Of a stretch of DNA of 64,000 nt, positions 18,916 to 27,928 are shown one piece after another. A model generated the notes under the pieces. It saw only the letters and a list, made by a program, of their open reading frames with translations, searched no databases and was not told where the DNA came from. Position 1 is the stretch's first letter. The number at the start of each line of letters is the position of its first letter. The stretch lies in the sequence record MT446413.1, one strand, 5' to 3'. The position numbers were made by a program, and so were the translations under genes. This DNA comes from Escherichia virus TH42.

Positions 18916-19052
18916 GATCCCTCCTGAAGCGCCTTACGGCGGCTATCTCGCCAAGCCATCCATAGGTAGGTTTTAAGTTCTTCTCTTTCTTCTTCGCTGA
19001 ACAAAGGAGAAGTAAAGATATCATCGAACCACTCATTAAACTCAGGGGTCAT
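18912..19052 (-). CDS. possible small protein (46 aa), translationally coupled to lipoprotein gene
   Basis: ATG with GGAGG SD; [31 protein letters not shown]...; stop TGA overlaps lipoprotein ATG; preferred over track ORF 18833..19036. Confidence 0.3.
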   Translation of the reverse strand: MTPEFNEWFDDIFTSPLFSEEEREELKTYLWMAWRDSRRKALQEGS

Positions 19053-19072
19053 AAACCCTCCTATTTGATTTG

Positions 19073-19224
19073 GTGGACTATCTGGAATCGAACCAGAAGC
19101 TCACTAAGAAAGCAATTCCCACTGTTATAAAAGCACTTGCCTCAACAGGGATACACTAACTCTGGTGCCGTACCCATACTAGCCCTTGTTTAAAATTGGT
19201 CGGGACGGAAGGATTCGAACCCTC
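19073..19224 (-). other. two tRNA 3'-half-like motifs (T-arm plus acceptor 3' strand) with no detectable 5' acceptor partner
   Basis: Minus strand TCTGG-TTCGATT-CCAGA (~19081-19097) and GAGGG-TTCGAAT-CCTTC-CGTCCCG-A-CCA (~19197-19224, CCA encoded). Confidence 0.3.
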
Positions 19225-19248
19225 TTACGTTGATTTAAAAGCTCTTAG

Positions 19249-19327
<79 letters not shown>

Positions 19328-19350
19328 ATTAAGAGCTTTCAATATTTTGT

Positions 19351-19560
19351 TTAACTGAAAATACGCAAGGCCACATCATGACCGATATGACCGGGAACTT
19401 TGTGCTGCTCTATTTTCAAACAGAGTTTACAAACACGAGACACACGAGACTCTTTCGCTTCGACTGGAGTGTCTTTAGCGTGAGTGATGTGTAGGTTTTC
19501 AGTGATCACCCACTCGTGTTTACATCCAGAATCTTCGGGCTTTTTCTTACGAAAGAACAT
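19351..19560 (-). CDS. small zinc-finger-like protein (tandem paralog 1 of 3)
   Basis: Start at internal ATG (MFFRKKKPEDSGCKHEWVITE...CKLCLK); H-x-H/E-W and CxxC pattern shared with the next two ORFs. Confidence 0.4.
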   Translation of the reverse strand: MFFRKKKPEDSGCKHEWVITENLHITHAKDTPVEAKESRVSRVCKLCLKIEQHKVPGHIGHDVALRIFS

Positions 19561-19568
19561 AATACCCC

Positions 19569-19733
19569 TTAGATCAGATCTGTTTTCTTGTGCAGACCAC
19601 ACACTTTACAGCGAGAGTAGATACGCAACCCTTGTCGCTCTCTGTCAGTAAGTTTATTTGTGATCGTCAGTTCATAAGTATGAAGATCTTCCCACTCATG
19701 GAAATGAAAGAAACGTTTGAACCATTTAATCAT
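19569..19733 (-). CDS. small zinc-finger-like protein (tandem paralog 2 of 3; unlisted 54-aa ORF)
   Basis: MIKWFKRFFHFHEWEDLHTYELTITNKLTDRERQGLRIYSRCKVCGLHKKTDLI; ATG 19731-19733; below track size cutoff. Confidence 0.4.
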   Translation of the reverse strand: MIKWFKRFFHFHEWEDLHTYELTITNKLTDRERQGLRIYSRCKVCGLHKKTDLI

Positions 19734-19742
19734 AATGATTCC

Positions 19743-19904
19743 TTAGATTACATCACGATGACTAACATCACCACACACCTTACACTGAATAACGTAACGT
19801 GTGCCCTTGTCATTGTTCCCATCTGAATCTGTATAGACCAGAGGACGGGTGTTAATAATCTTCCAATCATGACAATGGAAGACACGCTTTAGCCATTTAA
19901 TCAT
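19743..19904 (-). CDS. small zinc-finger-like protein (tandem paralog 3 of 3)
   Basis: Start at internal ATG (MIKWLKRVFHCHDW...CKVCGD). Confidence 0.4.
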   Translation of the reverse strand: MIKWLKRVFHCHDWKIINTRPLVYTDSDGNNDKGTRYVIQCKVCGDVSHRDVI

Positions 19905-19905
19905 A

Positions 19906-20196
19906 CTAAGCACACGCCGGTAATTCAATTAACTGAGGAGTACGACAAGGGCCATCCTCATACACACCTACTAGTGTTGGCATGTAAGGCCCAGCGCACT
20001 GGTATTCATCGAACAGTTCGTTATAGGTAGGCTTCCACTTCCAAGCCCACACATAGCCCATTCGATCAATGGCAATGTAACGAGTGTTCAGAGGAACCTG
20101 CATCATCACATCACCAACTGCTATTACTTTCGTAATAACTGCTGCTCGGAAGTTTGTCTTCATAGTCTCACCGCTTAACCATAAATTGATACTCAC
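19906..20196 (-). CDS. hypothetical protein
   Basis: 96 aa ORF in operon context. Confidence 0.4.
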   Translation of the reverse strand: MSINLWLSGETMKTNFRAAVITKVIAVGDVMMQVPLNTRYIAIDRMGYVWAWKWKPTYNELFDEYQCAGPYMPTLVGVYEDGPCRTPQLIELPACA

Positions 20197-20359
20197 GGAT
20201 CGAGTCTACGTACTCCAACACCGCAGACTCTAACGTTTCCCACACCGAAGCCGCCCCCTCGCCTACGAGAACCTCCCATAACTCCGGTGATATCTGCGTT
20301 AGTTTTATCGTCGGTTTACCCGCAGCCTTACTCACCCCTAAAATAATTTCTTCCTGCAT
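20168..20359 (-). CDS. hypothetical protein
   Basis: 63 aa ORF; overlaps downstream gene by 29 nt. Confidence 0.3.
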   Translation of the reverse strand: MQEEIILGVSKAAGKPTIKLTQISPELWEVLVGEGAASVWETLESAVLEYVDSIREYQFMVKR

Positions 20360-20385
20360 AGTCTCACCTCTATTATATTCACCAG

Positions 20386-20694
20386 TTAATCCGACAATGC
20401 CGCCATCATTTTATTCATTTTAGCCACACCTTTACGGATAAGTGGCATGAACTCATCGGCCAGTTCAGTGGATAAAAGTTTAAGACCACCTGATTTAATT
20501 CCATTCACTGCCTTCTCAACCTCATCCGACAGCAATGTCATTGTTAACAATGGGGATTTTATTACCACAGTAAAGCCCGGTTCGTACCGTGAGTGACTGT
20601 AGGTGAACTCTAAGTGAGTGACACCGGGCATCTTAGACATTTGAGCACGGATATCTACATTAGGGTTACAGTGGGTTGAAGATGAAATTGTCAT
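20386..20694 (-). CDS. hypothetical protein
   Basis: 102 aa ORF. Confidence 0.4.
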   Translation of the reverse strand: MTISSSTHCNPNVDIRAQMSKMPGVTHLEFTYSHSRYEPGFTVVIKSPLLTMTLLSDEVEKAVNGIKSGGLKLLSTELADEFMPLIRKGVAKMNKMMAALSD

Positions 20695-20942
20695 GGCTTT
20701 TTAATCTCAATCTGGACGTTGACAACAAATACAGTATGGTTTGCACTGTACACCGAAGTGCCTATGATTGGTTTGTCATCACTGAGGATTTCAACAGCGT
20801 GCTCAAGGTTAATCTTCAGATGAAGTCGACCTGATTCCATGAAGAAGTCACCAGCACGAATCTCACCAAACTTGGATGGCACACCGATAGAGGGTATCAG
20901 TATGTCAGTACGACCTTTACGGTCAAATAAACGATTGAACAT
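20691..20942 (-). CDS. small protein, PG(D/E)xF paralog family
   Basis: 83 aa; FGEIRAGDFFMESGRLHLKI ... VFVVNVQIEI. Confidence 0.45.
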   Translation of the reverse strand: MFNRLFDRKGRTDILIPSIGVPSKFGEIRAGDFFMESGRLHLKINLEHAVEILSDDKPIIGTSVYSANHTVFVVNVQIEIKKP

Positions 20943-20951
20943 ATCAACCCC

Positions 20952-21161
20952 TTATGTGATATCAACCTCAAACCAACAGGTAAGAGCTTTTTCATTGTTG
21001 CGCTTTGGTTCAAAGGATTTAGTAACTGATAACACCCGTCGCTGTTGTCCATCAAACCAGATAGTTTCATTTCTTTCAGGAAGTAGGTTGTGTGCAGCAC
21101 AAACGATTTCACCTAGCACAACCTGTCTGCCATCTTGTTTACGAACTAAATGAATGTTCAT
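20952..21161 (-). CDS. hypothetical protein
   Basis: 69 aa ORF. Confidence 0.4.
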   Translation of the reverse strand: MNIHLVRKQDGRQVVLGEIVCAAHNLLPERNETIWFDGQQRRVLSVTKSFEPKRNNEKALTCWFEVDIT

Positions 21162-21204
21162 ATCAACCTCTCTTATTAGTTTAAGTAAGAGTTATCCCTT
21201 AATT

Positions 21205-21235
21205 AAAACAACAAAGGCCACCCCGAAGGGCAGCC
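21205..21235 (-). terminator. intrinsic terminator (minus strand)
   Basis: Minus-strand GGCUGCCC-UUCG-GGGUGGCC (8-bp stem with G-U pairs) then UUUGUUGUUUU. Confidence 0.55.
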
Positions 21236-21627
21236 TCTTATTAATTATCCACCGTAAAACCAATCACCTTGACGTTTACGGATGTTAGTTGTCAGACGAA
21301 GCATGGCAGACTCAATCTTCAGAGCACCATTTGCTACTGCATCCATACGTTCAGGACGGTTCATACGCTTGGTTGACTTCTTCATAACGTTCTCTCTTTG
21401 TTAGTGGAGGCAGGATTGCCAGTTAATATAAAGGGAAGCCCTACACGTTAAGGCTTCCGCTTGTACAAACTGTCGAGAACTCTCTACCCCTAGATTGTTC
21501 TCTATCCCAAACCGATACATACCCCTACATATCGGAATGCCATTCGAAAATTAACAGGTTTTAGTCTATCACCGGATGTTTGAGACAAGTCTCGCCCTAG
21601 CGGTGAGCCATATGGCACTGAGATTAT

Positions 21628-21678
21628 GGTTAATTGAGGAACACCCTCACATAGCCCTCTGATAATCACAAGAGCTAT
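21628..21678 (-). repeat. conserved composite RNA element, copy 2
   Basis: Plus: GGTTAATTGAGG...ATAGCCCT-ctgataatcaca-AGAGCTAT; the G-to-A change keeps pairing only in the minus-strand RNA (U-G wobble); 3' of gene 21688..21912. Confidence 0.5.
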
Positions 21679-21687
21679 AAGTCGATG

Positions 21688-21912
21688 TTACTTGTTGGTC
21701 AGTCTAACATTAGGTACACGATATACCTCTGTTGGTTTACGATCAGAGGAACGTTTACCAGTGTAGAGGTTAACAAAATAGGTTTTGTGTTCCCCATAAC
21801 ACGAAGTACACATGTAGTATTGGGTTTCAGCAGTATTAAACTGGAAGACTTCACCCGGCTCTAAATCACCGAGAGTTACAACCGCTGGTGTATTGTCGAT
21901 ATCAATCTTCAT
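21688..21912 (-). CDS. small protein, PG(D/E)xF paralog family
   Basis: 74 aa; LGDLEPGEVFQF ... VPNVRLTN; followed by conserved hairpin element. Confidence 0.45.
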   Translation of the reverse strand: MKIDIDNTPAVVTLGDLEPGEVFQFNTAETQYYMCTSCYGEHKTYFVNLYTGKRSSDRKPTEVYRVPNVRLTNK

Positions 21913-22143
21913 TTAACCACCAATATTCGTTACTTGTACATTAGGTACAGAGATAACTTCATGATCTTCAGGTATCTGGAACAAAGTCCCCTGACCAAGA
22001 CCAACGACACGGTGCATACCCTGCACATAGGTGTCTGTCTTTAGGTAGAGGTGTTCAGTGTTATTTTGTAATCGGAATACGTCACCCGGACGTAACTCAC
22101 TAAGCTTTTTAGTAACAACTTCAGAGGAGAGATTGATTTTCAT
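21913..22143 (-). CDS. small protein, PG(D/E)xF paralog family
   Basis: 76 aa; LSELRPGDVFRL ... VPNVQVTN; tandem duplicate of 21688..21912. Confidence 0.45.
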   Translation of the reverse strand: MKINLSSEVVTKKLSELRPGDVFRLQNNTEHLYLKTDTYVQGMHRVVGLGQGTLFQIPEDHEVISVPNVQVTNIGG

Positions 22144-22299
22144 TTGATTAACACCAAATCAGTACGACGTTCGAAGGAAGGAGAGGATTCACCATTCCAC
22201 TGAACAAGATAACAGAGAACACCATCAATCGTTGTTCTCCGACGAATAACACCTGTTTGAGTACCGCCAACAAGGCGAACAGTGTGACCAGTGGTAAAC

Positions 22300-22605
22300 T
22301 TAACCTTTGAGCGCATCCTCTGTTTCCTCATTCTGGCGTTTAATTTCTTCAGTGAGTTGCTTATTGAGATCTTGAATACGCTTAATCTCCCAACCCAAAG
22401 AAGCCAAACGATCATTACGTGCTTCAATTTGCTCCTGCATCTTAACCAATTTGGAACGAACATCAGCATTAAAGACTTCCTCTTGCTTAAGAAGGAACTC
22501 ATAACGACGCTTCCAGCTTGCTGACTTATTACTTAAAGCAATAAATCCCAGAGTAGAAATCGTTACAGTGAGTACGAGAAGGAACTTATAAACCTCTAAA
22601 GACAT
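22300..22605 (-). CDS. i-spanin-like membrane protein (N-terminal TM helix plus coiled coil)
   Basis: 101 aa; FLLVLTVTISTLGFIAL then heptad-rich charged segment; adjacent to cell-wall hydrolase gene. Confidence 0.4.
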   Translation of the reverse strand: MSLEVYKFLLVLTVTISTLGFIALSNKSASWKRRYEFLLKQEEVFNADVRSKLVKMQEQIEARNDRLASLGWEIKRIQDLNKQLTEEIKRQNEETEDALKG

Positions 22606-22668
22606 ATCTTTATCCTCTTAAAGTAAGATATTATAAGAAATATTATTTAGAATTTATTATTTCTAAAC

Positions 22669-23193
22669 TTAATTTCTATCAATAATTTTCAGAGGTCTAT
22701 ATACAGTCATTACCTCTGGTTCCGAATCACTACCACTTTTTGCAGAGAAAATCATAAGTAGGTGATTTATAAGGGAATTTAGTTTGTCAATCTTGGCACC
22801 TATGAACCAGTCACGGGCACTATTATTGAACACTAAATCACCACAATACATTGGATTGGTATACCACTTTGGCACCCCTTCGCTCTTACTCTGAAAGTAT
22901 GTACCGCTATACAAAGGCACATAGCTTTTCTTCAGTGCACGTCTTGCAAGCTGCTCGCTCTCCCTGATTGACTTCTTTGTCAGAGGATTATCATCACGAA
23001 TTAGCTTTACATAACGTTTAAAAGGCTTCTCCTTCTTTAATAAGACGGGTATCCACTCGAACTGGTTTCGTTGTTTTATAACCTGCTCGGCAGTCAGTTT
23101 TCGTTGTGACATTCTGTTTATTACGGTATCCGCTACTAATGCTTTGCAAGCGGTTGGCTGATTCCCTGCCTCATAATAAATAGTCAATGTCAA
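22669..23193 (-). CDS. SleB-type cell-wall hydrolase (candidate endolysin)
   Basis: 174 aa, TTG start; motifs ALVADTVINRMSQ, NQFEW, PLYSGTYF resemble Hydrolase_2 (SleB) family. Confidence 0.55.
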   Translation of the reverse strand: MTLTIYYEAGNQPTACKALVADTVINRMSQRKLTAEQVIKQRNQFEWIPVLLKKEKPFKRYVKLIRDDNPLTKKSIRESEQLARRALKKSYVPLYSGTYFQSKSEGVPKWYTNPMYCGDLVFNNSARDWFIGAKIDKLNSLINHLLMIFSAKSGSDSEPEVMTVYRPLKIIDRN

Positions 23194-23244
23194 AAGTAGC
23201 TGGGCTGTCGTTATCAGAACTTACTACCCCCTTGTTTTACGGGC

Positions 23245-23272
23245 ATAAAAAAGCCCCATCCGAAGACGGGGC
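23245..23272 (-). terminator. intrinsic terminator (minus strand)
   Basis: Minus-strand GCCCCGUC-UUCG-GAUGGGGC then UUUUUUAU; two weaker hairpin+U-run structures at ~23327-23350 and ~23432-23452. Confidence 0.5.
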
Positions 23273-23475
23273 GACCTGAAAAGTGAACATGACCTCACTC
23301 GTTTAAGAACCCTCTCAAAGACTCTTAAAAAAGCGGCCTCATTAGAGGCCCGGTCAAATGACCATCCAATAGGGATTGAACCATGCCAATGATTCACAAA
23401 GGGCTTTCCCTTTAGGCATCACTAGCTACGCAAAAAGCCGCACAAAGGCGGCAGGCACAAAGACGCCCTAGAAGA

Positions 23476-23522
23476 GCGTCATAGTAGTTGACTACAGGTG
23501 TAGAGAAGAGGCTTACTTTACT
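23476..23522. repeat. ~45-nt direct repeat, copy 2
   Basis: GCGTCATAGTAG identical 12-mer plus AGAGAAGAGGCTTACTTTACT; overlaps stop codon of 23513..23956. Confidence 0.45.
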
Positions 23523-23956
23523 CTCGCTTCCTTGATAGGGTCTATGTATTTTTCGACTCCCCATTTATGCTGACTATCAGCGTAGAAAACATCCGGTGCA
23601 CATTGGCTGGTAGTAGGGAAAGCTTTCGGTGGCTTAGTGCTACCTTTATTCTTCTGCTTACCCTTAGTGCGGCCGTTACAATAGATTTCTAAACGTTTCT
23701 CTTCTTCTGTTTTCGCTGCACCGTTGGTTAACAAGGAACGTTTATGATCAGCAAGAAGAAGTGCATCAGCACGGTGAACACGACGCCCTAACACCTTTGC
23801 TACGGTAGACGGTTTATGTTCTTGAGCGGCTTGTTTGATAGCTCTACGTTTAAGGCTACGTTTGCTAACGTGGTTAGTAGCGACTGGCTTATCTTTTTCC
23901 AGTTCACTCATCGAGAACACACGCCCGCCTTTCATGCTGATTTTAGATTTAGCCAT
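23513..23956 (-). CDS. basic hypothetical protein
   Basis: 147 aa; Lys/Arg-rich, possible nucleic-acid binding; no motif recognised. Confidence 0.4.
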   Translation of the reverse strand: MAKSKISMKGGRVFSMSELEKDKPVATNHVSKRSLKRRAIKQAAQEHKPSTVAKVLGRRVHRADALLLADHKRSLLTNGAAKTEEEKRLEIYCNGRTKGKQKNKGSTKPPKAFPTTSQCAPDVFYADSQHKWGVEKYIDPIKEARVK

Positions 23957-24026
23957 TGCTTTATTCCTTTCGCTGATAAATTATATCGTGCAAGCCTTAC
24001 CACATAGCAAGGCTTAACCAAATAAC

Positions 24027-24236
24027 TTAATCAATCAAACTAAACGACTTCCAGCTACGCGTAATTGCTACCCGTTCGCCATCAAAGAGAACACTTACAG
24101 AGATTAGCTTACCGCGACAACTGGATACCGTGGTAATACGTCCGGTTAGTGCCTTACCTTTATTCAGATAGTGATAGCGGACACGACGCCCTAGTAGTCG
24201 AGTAGCTTTCTTCTCTAATGTGCTTAAGCTGGTCAT
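24027..24236 (-). CDS. hypothetical protein
   Basis: 69 aa ORF. Confidence 0.35.
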   Translation of the reverse strand: MTSLSTLEKKATRLLGRRVRYHYLNKGKALTGRITTVSSCRGKLISVSVLFDGERVAITRSWKSFSLID

Positions 24237-24457
24237 TAAACAACCTCTTTATATTGGAGTGATCTTACACGACGATACATTACAGAAGATGCATTAATCG
24301 CCGCTTGTTTTCTTTCGTGCTCATGCTGGTTTTTGTGTATCTTATCCATCTCGGCATCATTACGACGACGCTGTAAGATTCTGCTACACTTGCGATGGTT
24401 ATTGTTAGCACGTGCTTTCTTACAGATAGGGCACAAGTGAGATTGAGTTAAGATCAT
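24236..24457 (-). CDS. hypothetical protein with CxxC pair
   Basis: 73 aa; LCPICKK...HRKC. Confidence 0.35.
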   Translation of the reverse strand: MILTQSHLCPICKKARANNNHRKCSRILQRRRNDAEMDKIHKNQHEHERKQAAINASSVMYRRVRSLQYKEVV

Positions 24458-24678
24458 TTTCGCAGTCCTAACTTACGAAGGAATCGGCCTAGCTTAGTTT
24501 CCTGCGTGATAGTGTAAGTAACAGAGTTTTCAATTAATGCTTGTTCTTGAATCGGTGACGGATACCATTCACCGGTAAGGATGCATTTACACTCGATTCC
24601 ATACTTATCGGTTTTACGATAGGTCATGTTGTTTAAGATATTACGATACATCTTAACTTCTGTTTTCAATTTTGGCAT
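24454..24678 (-). CDS. hypothetical protein
   Basis: 74 aa ORF. Confidence 0.35.
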   Translation of the reverse strand: MPKLKTEVKMYRNILNNMTYRKTDKYGIECKCILTGEWYPSPIQEQALIENSVTYTITQETKLGRFLRKLGLRK

Positions 24679-24732
24679 GGTGTTTATCTCTTTTTAGTTT
24701 CTTTGATTAGTACACTGAATCAATGCACTAGT

Positions 24733-24766
24733 AAAAGAAAAGGCGCTACCCTTTCGAATAGCGCCT
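24733..24766 (-). terminator. intrinsic terminator (minus strand) after 24787..25689
   Basis: Minus-strand AGGCGCUA-loop-UAGCGCCU followed by UUUCUUUUAC. Confidence 0.45.
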
Positions 24767-24786
24767 TATATGTTCTTTATTGTAGG

Positions 24787-25689
24787 TTATGCAGCTTGTT
24801 GGCGTGCTGCCATGATCTCGGCAGCTTTACGCAATACTTCTTCCTCGTCTGCCGCCGCTTTCTCGTTCGCTTTGACAGTAGAAGCTGTAGAGATACGACC
24901 GCGAAGGTTAGACAATTTTTCAGTCATTTCGTTGATCGCTTTTTCCATTTCATCAGCGTATGAGTCCAGCGATTCAAGCTCTTTAACTGAGGCATTGATC
25001 AGATAGTCATCGCTGATAGATACAGTTGATGCGGTTACTTTCTTAAGGAGTGAATCAAAAGTTTTCTTAACTTTGCCTACTTCTTCACTCAATGCGATAG
25101 TGTTATCAGAAGATGCACCGTTGCGCTCGTCTGCCAACAAGGCCGCTTCAATACGGATGGCAGCTAAACGATCAGTTAGAGCGTAAATATCCTGATTAAA
25201 GTTTTCGTTAACCTTCTGGTTAATCTGATTTGCTACCGGAACGTTGTCGTTGCAGCCTTTATAGAAAGCTGGATTATCGACCTGTACATCTTCACCTTTA
25301 GCAAAGCGTTCGAAGGAGTTAGACCAGCGGGCACGGTTTTGCTCCATTTTGGTTTTAACCTGTTCCGGTTTAGCATCTTCTTTCGCTTTCGCTTCACCTT
25401 CCAGATTAATCCATTTCTTTTTACCGTTCGCCCCGTCGCTGTTGTACTTGATAGGAGTGAGGAAAGAGATTGCAACCGCAATCACATCTAAATCACGGTA
25501 ACGCTCAGTCAGTAAGAAATCTACCGCCCCCTGCAATACATCCAGCTTCTTACCGTTAGCACGGAAGTGCTGCAAATGACCTAACAGGAAGTTAGAAACA
25601 TCTTGCTTAATCGCTGCGTTGTTGCTACGGATATTGTTAGCCAGTGCGTTAAAGCCAGATTCGTTAACCAGATTGAAAGATTTAGCCAT
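24787..25689 (-). CDS. hypothetical protein (first gene of leftward block)
   Basis: 300 aa ORF with AAGG SD; Ala/Lys/Glu-rich, probably helical; terminator hairpin immediately downstream. Confidence 0.5.
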   Translation of the reverse strand: MAKSFNLVNESGFNALANNIRSNNAAIKQDVSNFLLGHLQHFRANGKKLDVLQGAVDFLLTERYRDLDVIAVAISFLTPIKYNSDGANGKKKWINLEGEAKAKEDAKPEQVKTKMEQNRARWSNSFERFAKGEDVQVDNPAFYKGCNDNVPVANQINQKVNENFNQDIYALTDRLAAIRIEAALLADERNGASSDNTIALSEEVGKVKKTFDSLLKKVTASTVSISDDYLINASVKELESLDSYADEMEKAINEMTEKLSNLRGRISTASTVKANEKAAADEEEVLRKAAEIMAARQQAA

Positions 25690-26594
25690 GATAATTTACC
25701 TTTTAATTAAAACGCTCTATGCGCCGCTCTCTATGAGCTATTCAAGTCACAATGACTTAACACTAATCACTAACTATTAGTAACCAGTGGTAAATCAGGC
25801 GGACTTATCAGGAGTTAACCTTGCCGCCTAACTTTCCATGATGTTTCATCCGGTGGATTCTATTAATCGCTATAAACGAAGCCGATTTGCCAGCGATGAT
25901 TAATCATCATAATAAGGCAGTGTGCCCATCTCTAATTAGCTAACGTTCTAGCCGATGGTAATGCTGTTTACTTTACGTTCGCTCCGCGATACCCTTTTAT
26001 ATTAACTCTCTAAGCCGACTTATCACCTACTACGGGAAAGTATATGGCAAAGAGTCACTAACCGCCTGATAGATTGGCGTTTGATTATCTCTCTCGCGAT
26101 TTACTACAGTGCATTGTTATGTACTCACATCTTATTGACGTGTTTCAAACAACTTGCTTAGTAAACACTCACACTTAAACCTTATTATTAAATAGCAATT
26201 TGCTACTCTTTAACCTTCACACCGTCGCTCGCTATTGAGCGTTAATTCGTCGGGATTGACTACCCTGATTAACGTCTATTACCGTAGCACTTTACTAGCA
26301 CCGCCGCCGCTACCCTTTAACCGTAGGTGATTAGCTTAAGCCTTGCATGTACTCGATAACTTCGTTTATCAGTGGCATCGTTTCCAGTAAGGGAATGTAA
26401 AGCGGTTTTCTCTGATATTTTAGAGCGCCTTACATCGTTTTATCTGGCATAACTTGCAATGGTTATTATTGCTCGTTATGTTCAACCGATATAGGAAGAA
26501 GTTTAAATTGTTAAAGAGCGGTAAATCTATCGAAGTGCTTTCTCACTTCCCGCCACCGTTCGCCGTGGTTTCGCGTTTCACTAGTTGCCTAGTG

Positions 26595-26645
26595 AGTGCT
26601 CATTATGAATCATCCCGTTTAGCGTGTCAACCACTTTTTTTAAAT
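26595..26645 (-). promoter_or_regulatory. sigma70-type promoter (leftward)
   Basis: On minus strand: A-tract, -35 TTGACA (26625-26630), 17-bp spacer, -10 CATAAT (26602-26607). Confidence 0.45.
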
Positions 26646-26897
26646 CTTTTTCTCGTCTATTCTTTCGAATGACCAGTTAATCACACATTGGATTAACAAG
26701 ATTGTAAGCGGTTGCGCTTAACTTTCTGATTCATATTTTTAAAGAGCGGTGCGGTTTTCATGACTCCGCAAACATTTTCATTTTGAAGTCTACTTATGCA
26801 CTAACGGGGCGACTACACCCGACCTACACGCTGCACTATGTGCCACCTTTCCCGCGCTACGTCACTTAGGGGAACTGTTTAGCAAGTTGCCTTGCTT

Positions 26898-26947
26898 AGT
26901 GAACATTCTAACAGAGTGTTTCACCTTGTCAACTCTTTTTATCATCT
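26898..26947 (-). promoter_or_regulatory. sigma70-type promoter (leftward)
   Basis: On minus strand: A-rich upstream, -35 TTGACA (26927-26932), 16-bp spacer, -10 TAGAAT (26905-26910). Confidence 0.45.
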
Positions 26948-27129
26948 TCTTTTATTCTATTCCCTTATCTCGCGTGAATCTTTGCGAAAGGGCAAGATGA
27001 TAATTTGTTAAAGAGCGTTAAATCTGTCGCCGTCTTCCTCGGCTTCGTGCCTTGAGTGTTCCCACTCCTTCCAGTTTAAGCCTTTTTACATGATGCTAAT
27101 CATCTATCTGGAAGTGTTCTGTACTGCTG

Positions 27130-27180
27130 AGATCACATCTTATCATAGTGATTCGACGTGTCAACAACTATTTTTCGATT
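27130..27180 (-). promoter_or_regulatory. sigma70-type promoter (leftward, weaker -10)
   Basis: On minus strand: -35 TTGACA (27159-27164), 16-bp spacer, -10 TAAGAT (27137-27142). Confidence 0.35.
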
Positions 27181-27225
27181 AATGCATCTTGATAAACTAG
27201 CGACCATTGAGGCCGCTAACCTACC

Positions 27226-27465
27226 TTAGTTCATACGTTTAAAGGTTAAATCTTTATCCGTACTTACCAGCGATAACACCGCGATAGATTTGCCATTGTC
27301 GGCATCAGCTATCATTTCTTTCGCTTGCTGTAACGTGCTACCGACTATTCTCATAATCATGTTAGTAACGTTAATGCTAGTGCAAGTGATTTGCGTGTCT
27401 TTGCTTGAGAAGGTGTAAATGTTCATGGATAAATCCTCATTATGGCATGGTTGGGAGTTTATCAA
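27226..27465 (-). CDS. hypothetical protein
   Basis: 79 aa ORF, TTG start. Confidence 0.35.
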   Translation of the reverse strand: MINSQPCHNEDLSMNIYTFSSKDTQITCTSINVTNMIMRIVGSTLQQAKEMIADADNGKSIAVLSLVSTDKDLTFKRMN

Positions 27466-27928
27466 GATACACTAATCGAATTTTTAAAGAGCTAGTAAAC
27501 AAAGTTTGCCTTGAGAGAATCTAGTACACTGTTAAACGCTGATTTCTTTGAAGTATCGACCTTATAGGCCGCCAAATCCACGCATGAAAGAGGAATCGAC
27601 TAGGATAATCAACTAAGTGCCTTATAGTAATGACGCTTGTTAGCACCACTCCTAAGCAAACCTTGTTTTTAAAGAGCAAGGCTAAAAGTCTAGCCTATCA
27701 GGCTTGTTACCGACTGCATAACTAAACCTGAGATTCAAATATAAATCTATCAAGCAAAGAAAGCAATACCTTTTTCTAAAATAATTTCACTTTCTTTTAG
27801 GTATAGATGAGCACGCGCACGAATAACATCAGGGGAGGAAGAAAACAAGCCTTATAATCGAAAATAAGGCATACAGGAGGCGTTCTAACGAGCTAAACAG
27901 GGGCAAGATGTGCAATCACCTTAGAAAT

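Larger units (their letters stand above)
26417..27677. repeat. dispersed short direct repeat family T(T/G)TTAAAGAGC(G) in non-coding region
   Basis: Copies near 26508-26520, 26736-26749, 27005-27017, 27481-27492, 27666-27677 plus variant at ~26417; copies 1 and 3 extend to ~26 bp TTGTTAAAGAGCG(G/T)TAAATCT(A/G)TCG. Confidence 0.5.

Noticed and set aside
18833-19036. Track ORF (67 aa) overlapping the lipoprotein gene
   Set aside because: It overlaps the lipoprotein coding region by 83 nt in a different frame; the alternative 46-aa frame (18912-19052) has a GGAGG SD and ATGA coupling.
19073-19224. tRNA 3'-half motifs as a phage attachment site (attP)
   Set aside because: No integrase, recombinase or repressor is present in the window and the gene content is that of a strictly lytic phage.
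22140-22502. 120-aa ORF overlapping the i-spanin-like gene
   Set aside because: Its N-terminal two thirds lie in an alternative frame of 22300-22605; no lipobox was found to support an embedded o-spanin, and only its C-terminal part could be a separate small gene.
26454-26672. Plus-strand 72-aa ORF inside the gene-free control region
   Set aside because: TTG start without SD; it overlaps the repeat copies and a predicted leftward promoter and has a low-complexity hydrophobic translation, so it is probably spurious.
26417-27677. Short direct repeats as a CRISPR array
   Set aside because: The repeat unit is only 11-13 bp, spacing is irregular (about 185-480 bp), and there are no cas genes.
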